Source: a virus
Taxonomy: Duplodnaviria; Caudoviricetes
Strand: one strand, 5' to 3'
DNA length: 25,061 nucleotides
IMG/VR virus record: IMGVR_UViG_3300031836_000045
Location: 1-25,061 of that record
In this document: positions 24,461 through 25,061 of the stretch, in pieces
How positions within the stretch are numbered: position 1 is the first letter of the stretch
Layout: each line of letters starts with the position of its first letter
Notes under the pieces: generated by a model
Told to the model about the DNA's origin: nothing
Seen by the model: the letters and a program-made list of their open reading frames with translations, nothing else
Database searches by the model: none
Program-made: the position numbers and the translations under genes

Positions 24461-25061
24461 GCTGCTACCTGCTCGGTGGTCTCGAGGAGTGCGTCGACGT
24501 CGAAGAGCAGCAGTGCCGCGTGGTGGGTGTCTAGGTATTGGACGGACTGGGGGGCGCGACGGATCCCGATCTGGGCGAGTGTCACGTCGCATTCGGCCAC
24601 GTCTTCGAGCCACAGGGCCACGGGGTTAGGTGCGTCTTTGATGTACGCGATCGCGTCGTCACCGCCGGCGAGTTCTTGAACTCCGCGCGGATACCAGTCG
24701 CCCATGGGGGAGGTGGTCTTGATGCTTGCGATCGCGACGATGCGTTGGGTGGGTGCGGTCTCGTAGATCGCGATGTGTGTGGTGTCAGCGCGTAGGGGTC
24801 GGCGGCGCAGCTCGACGGTCTTGGTGCCGTCGAGGATGGCCTGTGACCAACGAGGGTGGAGGGGCAGCAGGGCGATCCTCATGGTGGCAGCGACACCACG
24901 TGCGGCATCGTGGCGGTGGGTGACGTCGGCAACCAACGCTTCGTGGGCGTCACGGAACGCGGCGAGAGTGTAGGTAGCGTAGCGGGCACCGAGCGGGCCG
25001 TGGTCCTCGAGCATCTCCCGGGCCAGCGTGTTCGCGAGGTCCTGCCAGGCGGTGCTGGGGG
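24457..25061 (-). CDS. ASCH-domain protein, 5'-partial (ASCH domain from about 24882; frame open to the window edge)
   Basis: LLPLHPRWSQAILDGTKTVELRRR...IYETAP...IVA...APQS ASCH motifs. The upstream in-frame sequence is stop-free with high GC3. Confidence 0.8.
   Translation of the reverse strand, partial: PSTAWQDLANTLAREMLEDHGPLGARYATYTLAAFRDAHEALVADVTHRHDAARGVAATMRIALLPLHPRWSQAILDGTKTVELRRRPLRADTTHIAIYETAPTQRIVAIASIKTTSPMGDWYPRGVQELAGGDDAIAYIKDAPNPVALWLEDVAECDVTLAQIGIRRAPQSVQYLDTHHAALLLFDVDALLETTEQVAA

Larger units (their letters stand above)
92..25061. mobile_element. Integrated temperate siphovirus-type prophage (HK97-like head, long non-contractile tail); continues beyond the right edge
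   Basis: att core, integrase and complete lysis, tail, head and packaging modules plus early genes in normal order. No sheath gene. No disrupted structural ORFs seen. Confidence 0.97.

Overview
High-GC actinobacterial DNA. Nearly the whole window (92 to the right edge) is one end of an apparently intact, integrated siphovirus-type prophage. Bases 1-91 look like host DNA and carry an intrinsic terminator. Positions 92-126 are the displaced 3' half of a tRNA-Arg(ACG)-type gene, which is the att core. On the + strand come an orphaned 59-codon reading frame ending ...RDAA*, a 96-aa ORF and a small tyrosine integrase with no arm-binding domain. All other genes are on the - strand. Read right to left they are: early/replication genes (ASCH fusion, DUF4406-like, replication-initiator-like), a Zn-ribbon putative late regulator, HNH, TerS, TerL, portal, HK97 protease, HK97 capsid, connectors, tail tube, tail chaperone, tape measure, minor tail proteins, the lysis cassette and a separately promoted lipoprotein. 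The best finding is that the att core is in frame with a severed protein tail carrying an ssrA-like -AA end, and identity to the tRNA stops where phage TGG would be replaced by host TGA. This is the signature of an integration-dependent immunity switch (as in mycobacteriophage BPs), here with an extra translationally coupled gene between repressor tail and integrase. Other notable items are an unlisted -1 frame tail-chaperone extension with a non-canonical slip site plus hairpin, a lambda pR'/tR'-like late promoter-terminator pair, iteron-like repeats inside the replication gene, and a leaderless moron lipoprotein. Family assignments come from motif recognition and synteny only; no searches were run.
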